64,000 bases of DNA from a virus (taxonomy: Duplodnaviria; Caudoviricetes), in the IMG/VR virus record IMGVR_UViG_3300028888_000115, positions 1 through 64,000 of that record. One strand, written 5' to 3'. Under the pieces are notes generated by a model, which saw only the letters and a program-made list of their open reading frames with translations, was not told the DNA's origin and searched no databases. This document shows, piece by piece, positions 61,585 to 64,000 of the stretch (positions within the stretch are counted from its first letter, which is position 1; each line of letters begins with the position of its first letter). The translations under genes were made by a program, and so were the position numbers.

Positions 61585-62787
61585 GTGACAAAGATGGAGA
61601 GACATGTAGCAGCCTACAAGAGGCGCAGAGCACAAAGGCTCTGTGAGCGATACGGATTCAGATATGACTCGTTGAATTTAGATTCAGGACTTGGCTGGCT
61701 GTTTGGTCTTGCCACGGATCTTGGAATCAAGACAAAGGGTATGAAGATTCCTGAAATCTTCAAGGCTGTGAATGAGAAGCGTGCCCAGAAAGGGCTTGAA
61801 CCTGTTGGACACAAGGGAAATGTTTCCGGAAAGAAGGGTTCATTCAAGCAGACAAGCCGGAAGGGACCGGAGGTCAATCAGTCCCTCGTGTCCAATGCGA
61901 AGGAGGAAGCCAAAAAGAATATGGCGACCTCCTACAAAACTGCGAGCGGAGCTAATTTCCCGAAGCCAAAGGCTGGCGCGAAGTTTGACAACAGTGTTAT
62001 GTCCGGCGTTGAAAAGAGCGCAAAGGATCTCGGAAAAGAAAAGGAATTTGACGACATCGTGAAGAGCCTGAAACCGACCGATTATGTCTATATGAAAGAC
62101 CCCGTGACGGGTGATCAGGTTGCTTCCGTTCCTGGCTTGGCTCAGCGTTTCGATAAGACAATGACCGGGCGGTCAGAAGAGTGCCAGAGGATCTACGACC
62201 AGAAAATCAAGAAGGGCGCACAGATCTCGAAAGACATGATTGATGCAGTCAACGGAATCGGGTGCCGTCTGTCCGGACTGGAGAACTGCTTCAAGGGCGG
62301 CGACTCCACGTCAAGGAAGATTTCTACCAAACGCAGCGAGGCAGAAGCAAGAGGAAAAGAAACCAAGACGGACGAAGGATACACTGCTGGTTTTGGTGAT
62401 ATCATCCGATTCACGGCCTTGTGTGACCACGATGACATCGCAGAAACGGTGACAAAGCTGGAAAGCGCTATGCAGAAGAAGGGCTATGAGCTCAACGAAA
62501 GAGACAATAAGTGGGTTACCGGAGACGGCAGCTACAAAGGCGTGCATGTTGAATTCATTTCTCCGACAGGCGAGCGTTTTGAGGTTCAGGTACATTCTAC
62601 TGTCGCTCTGGCATTCAAAAACAAGGGTCACAGATACTACGACAATGCACGCGTGGAAGACGTGAGCACTGCGAATGGCAAGAAGCGCCACGATGCCGCC
62701 ATTGAGAAATGCAAGAGCATCTGGAAGACTTGCCCGATCCCCAAAGGAATTGAGGACCTGAAACCGATCCCCAAAAAGAAACGGTAG
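61585..62787 (+). CDS. Arg-tag protein 3 with RelA/SpoT-like synthetase (toxSAS/Apk2-like) domain
   Basis: VAAYKRRRAQRLCER N-terminus; GDIIRFT..YKGVHVEFISPTGERFEVQVHS. Confidence 0.8.
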   Translation: MTKMERHVAAYKRRRAQRLCERYGFRYDSLNLDSGLGWLFGLATDLGIKTKGMKIPEIFKAVNEKRAQKGLEPVGHKGNVSGKKGSFKQTSRKGPEVNQSLVSNAKEEAKKNMATSYKTASGANFPKPKAGAKFDNSVMSGVEKSAKDLGKEKEFDDIVKSLKPTDYVYMKDPVTGDQVASVPGLAQRFDKTMTGRSEECQRIYDQKIKKGAQISKDMIDAVNGIGCRLSGLENCFKGGDSTSRKISTKRSEAEARGKETKTDEGYTAGFGDIIRFTALCDHDDIAETVTKLESAMQKKGYELNERDNKWVTGDGSYKGVHVEFISPTGERFEVQVHSTVALAFKNKGHRYYDNARVEDVSTANGKKRHDAAIEKCKSIWKTCPIPKGIEDLKPIPKKKR

Positions 62788-62801
62788 ATCGGATATTATC
62801 C

Positions 62802-62830
62802 TTGACAATGTACTAAAATTAGTGTATAAT
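62802..62830 (+). promoter_or_regulatory. Internal promoter for immunity plus hydrolase genes
   Basis: Perfect TTGACA-17bp-TATAAT; TACTAAAATTAGTG in spacer. Confidence 0.85.
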
Positions 62831-62851
62831 GACCATGGAGGTGAGCGGGCT

Positions 62852-63100
62852 TTGAGTGTGAGAAAAGAAGTGTTCTATTATCAGGATCGCGATGACGATT
62901 CAGGGATTGCTCGTTCGGTTCGTGATGAGACCGGGACCGACTATCAGTTCTGGAACTATGAGAAGCACGACTGGGTATCTCCGAAAGATTCGATTGCGAT
63001 GGACTTCTGCCATGACTACGACAACACGCGCGTGATCAGTGAGGAGGAGGCAAAAAAGGCAATCGAAGAGGCTGAAAAGGAGATTGAAAGCCGAAAGTAA
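62852..63100 (+). CDS. Putative immunity protein (IapK-like)
   Basis: GGAGGTG RBS plus TTG; VFYY..W..VISEEEAKKAI; between toxSAS and SAH. Confidence 0.65.
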   Translation: MSVRKEVFYYQDRDDDSGIARSVRDETGTDYQFWNYEKHDWVSPKDSIAMDFCHDYDNTRVISEEEAKKAIEEAEKEIESRK

Positions 63101-63112
63101 GGGGATGGTAGC

Positions 63113-63532
63113 TTGATTTCGATGGTCTGGCAGGCAGAGGCCTTTGCGAAAGAAAGGCACTTTGGACAGTTTGACCGCGCCGGAGTTCCGTATATCGAGC
63201 ATCCGCGTGCGGTTGCGGCGAAGGTGGACACGGATACGGAAAAGGTTGTCGCGTTCCTGCACGACACGGTGGAGGACACCAACACAACGCTGGATGAGAT
63301 CCGGAACAAGTTTGGCACTGAGGTCGCGGACGCGGTTGAATGCCTGACTCACAAAAAGGGTGTTCCGTATATGGAATACGTCAAGGGAATCAAAACGAAC
63401 GACCTTGCGCGGAGGGTGAAACTGGCGGACCTGAGCCACAACATGGATCTGAGCCGTCTGCCGAAGGTGACCGATGCAGACCTGAAGCGCGTGGAGAAAT
63501 ATAAGGCTGCTTACGACTTTCTGGTCGAGTAA
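63113..63532 (+). CDS. Small alarmone hydrolase (HD domain, Mesh1/Aph1-like)
   Basis: HFGQFDRAGVPYIEHP..VAFLHDTVEDT..VKLADLSHN. Confidence 0.9.
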   Translation: MISMVWQAEAFAKERHFGQFDRAGVPYIEHPRAVAAKVDTDTEKVVAFLHDTVEDTNTTLDEIRNKFGTEVADAVECLTHKKGVPYMEYVKGIKTNDLARRVKLADLSHNMDLSRLPKVTDADLKRVEKYKAAYDFLVE

Positions 63533-63574
63533 AGGCCGACCGGGCGTTCGTTCGAGATAGATAACGAGATTATA

Positions 63575-63610
63575 AGGACGACGCTCTGAGGGGTGCCGTC
63601 CTATATTTTT
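63575..63610 (+). terminator. Intrinsic terminator-like hairpin
   Basis: AGGACG/CGTCCT stem followed by ATATTTTT. Confidence 0.55.
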
Positions 63611-63627
63611 GCATAGGACGGTGCGAG

Positions 63628-64000
63628 ATGGAAAAGAGCCGAGCGAAAGCGATTGCGGACTACCGCAGGAGAAGAATACAACGGCTGAGAGCCAGGTTCG
63701 ACGATGATAACGACGAGAACAATGCCCCGGCACCGGCTGGCGGGCATGGAAATACAAAACTTCCGTTCGGACTTTGCCGGAGGGAAGGCATCAAGGTAGA
63801 CCCGACATGGACCCCGAAGGATGCGTGGAATGCTCTGGAAGGCAAGGGATACTCTGCCAAGGAAGCCTATAAAGAACTGAAGGAAACCGGCAAGGTGGCT
63901 CCGAGAGCACCGCAGAAACCGGTGAGGACTCCTGCTGAGATCAAGAAGATGGGCAAGTCCGTTTCCGACCTGAAGAAGGCTATGAAGAAGCGGGATAAGC
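63628..64000 (+). CDS. Arg-tag protein 4 (partial, runs off window)
   Basis: Hand translation: MEKSRAKAIADYRRRRIQRLRARFDDD...PFGLCRREGI..TPKDAWNAL. Confidence 0.75.
   Translation, partial: MEKSRAKAIADYRRRRIQRLRARFDDDNDENNAPAPAGGHGNTKLPFGLCRREGIKVDPTWTPKDAWNALEGKGYSAKEAYKELKETGKVAPRAPQKPVRTPAEIKKMGKSVSDLKKAMKKRDK

Noticed and set aside
1-64000. CRISPR array or mini-array
   Set aside because: No run of equal-length repeats with unique spacers seen
1-64000. Genome-wide TAG recoding (code 15)
   Set aside because: Nearly all genes are intact under code 11; only one internal TAG (thg1) and no CUA-anticodon tRNA in the window

Overview
This window is the left part of a large temperate phage or prophage, most likely of a Clostridia/Bacillota host (inferred from gene families and sigmaA-type promoters). 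No capsid, portal, terminase or tail genes are seen, so the genome is well over 64 kb. Gene order: tyrosine integrase (minus strand, runs off position 1) and excisionase; a divergent repressor/anti-lysogeny switch; a recombination-replication module (DUF1351, RecT, MBL hydrolase, SSB, initiator, helicase loader); a PAPS-reductase-like gene plus three DNA methyltransferases; RusA and a late activator; about 30 kb of small accessory genes driven by five near-identical promoters. The accessory region includes an XRE-sigma4-alphaCTD fusion, a DUF4942 methylase, an AcrVA2-like protein, Thg1, a Pnk-like kinase, an ADP-ribosylglycohydrolase, an HD hydrolase and an RlaP-like nucleotidyltransferase. 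It is followed by 15 tRNA genes plus one deviant tRNA-like gene, including two 8/4-fold tRNA-Ser and a short-arm tRNA-Leu, interspersed with several large structured non-coding segments. The window ends with ParB-like genes, thyX and a set of proteins sharing an Arg-rich N-terminal tag, one of which is a toxSAS followed by an immunity-like gene and an alarmone hydrolase. All protein family calls come from motif recognition by eye, not from searches. Many start codons were re-picked by RBS, and RNA helices were paired by hand.
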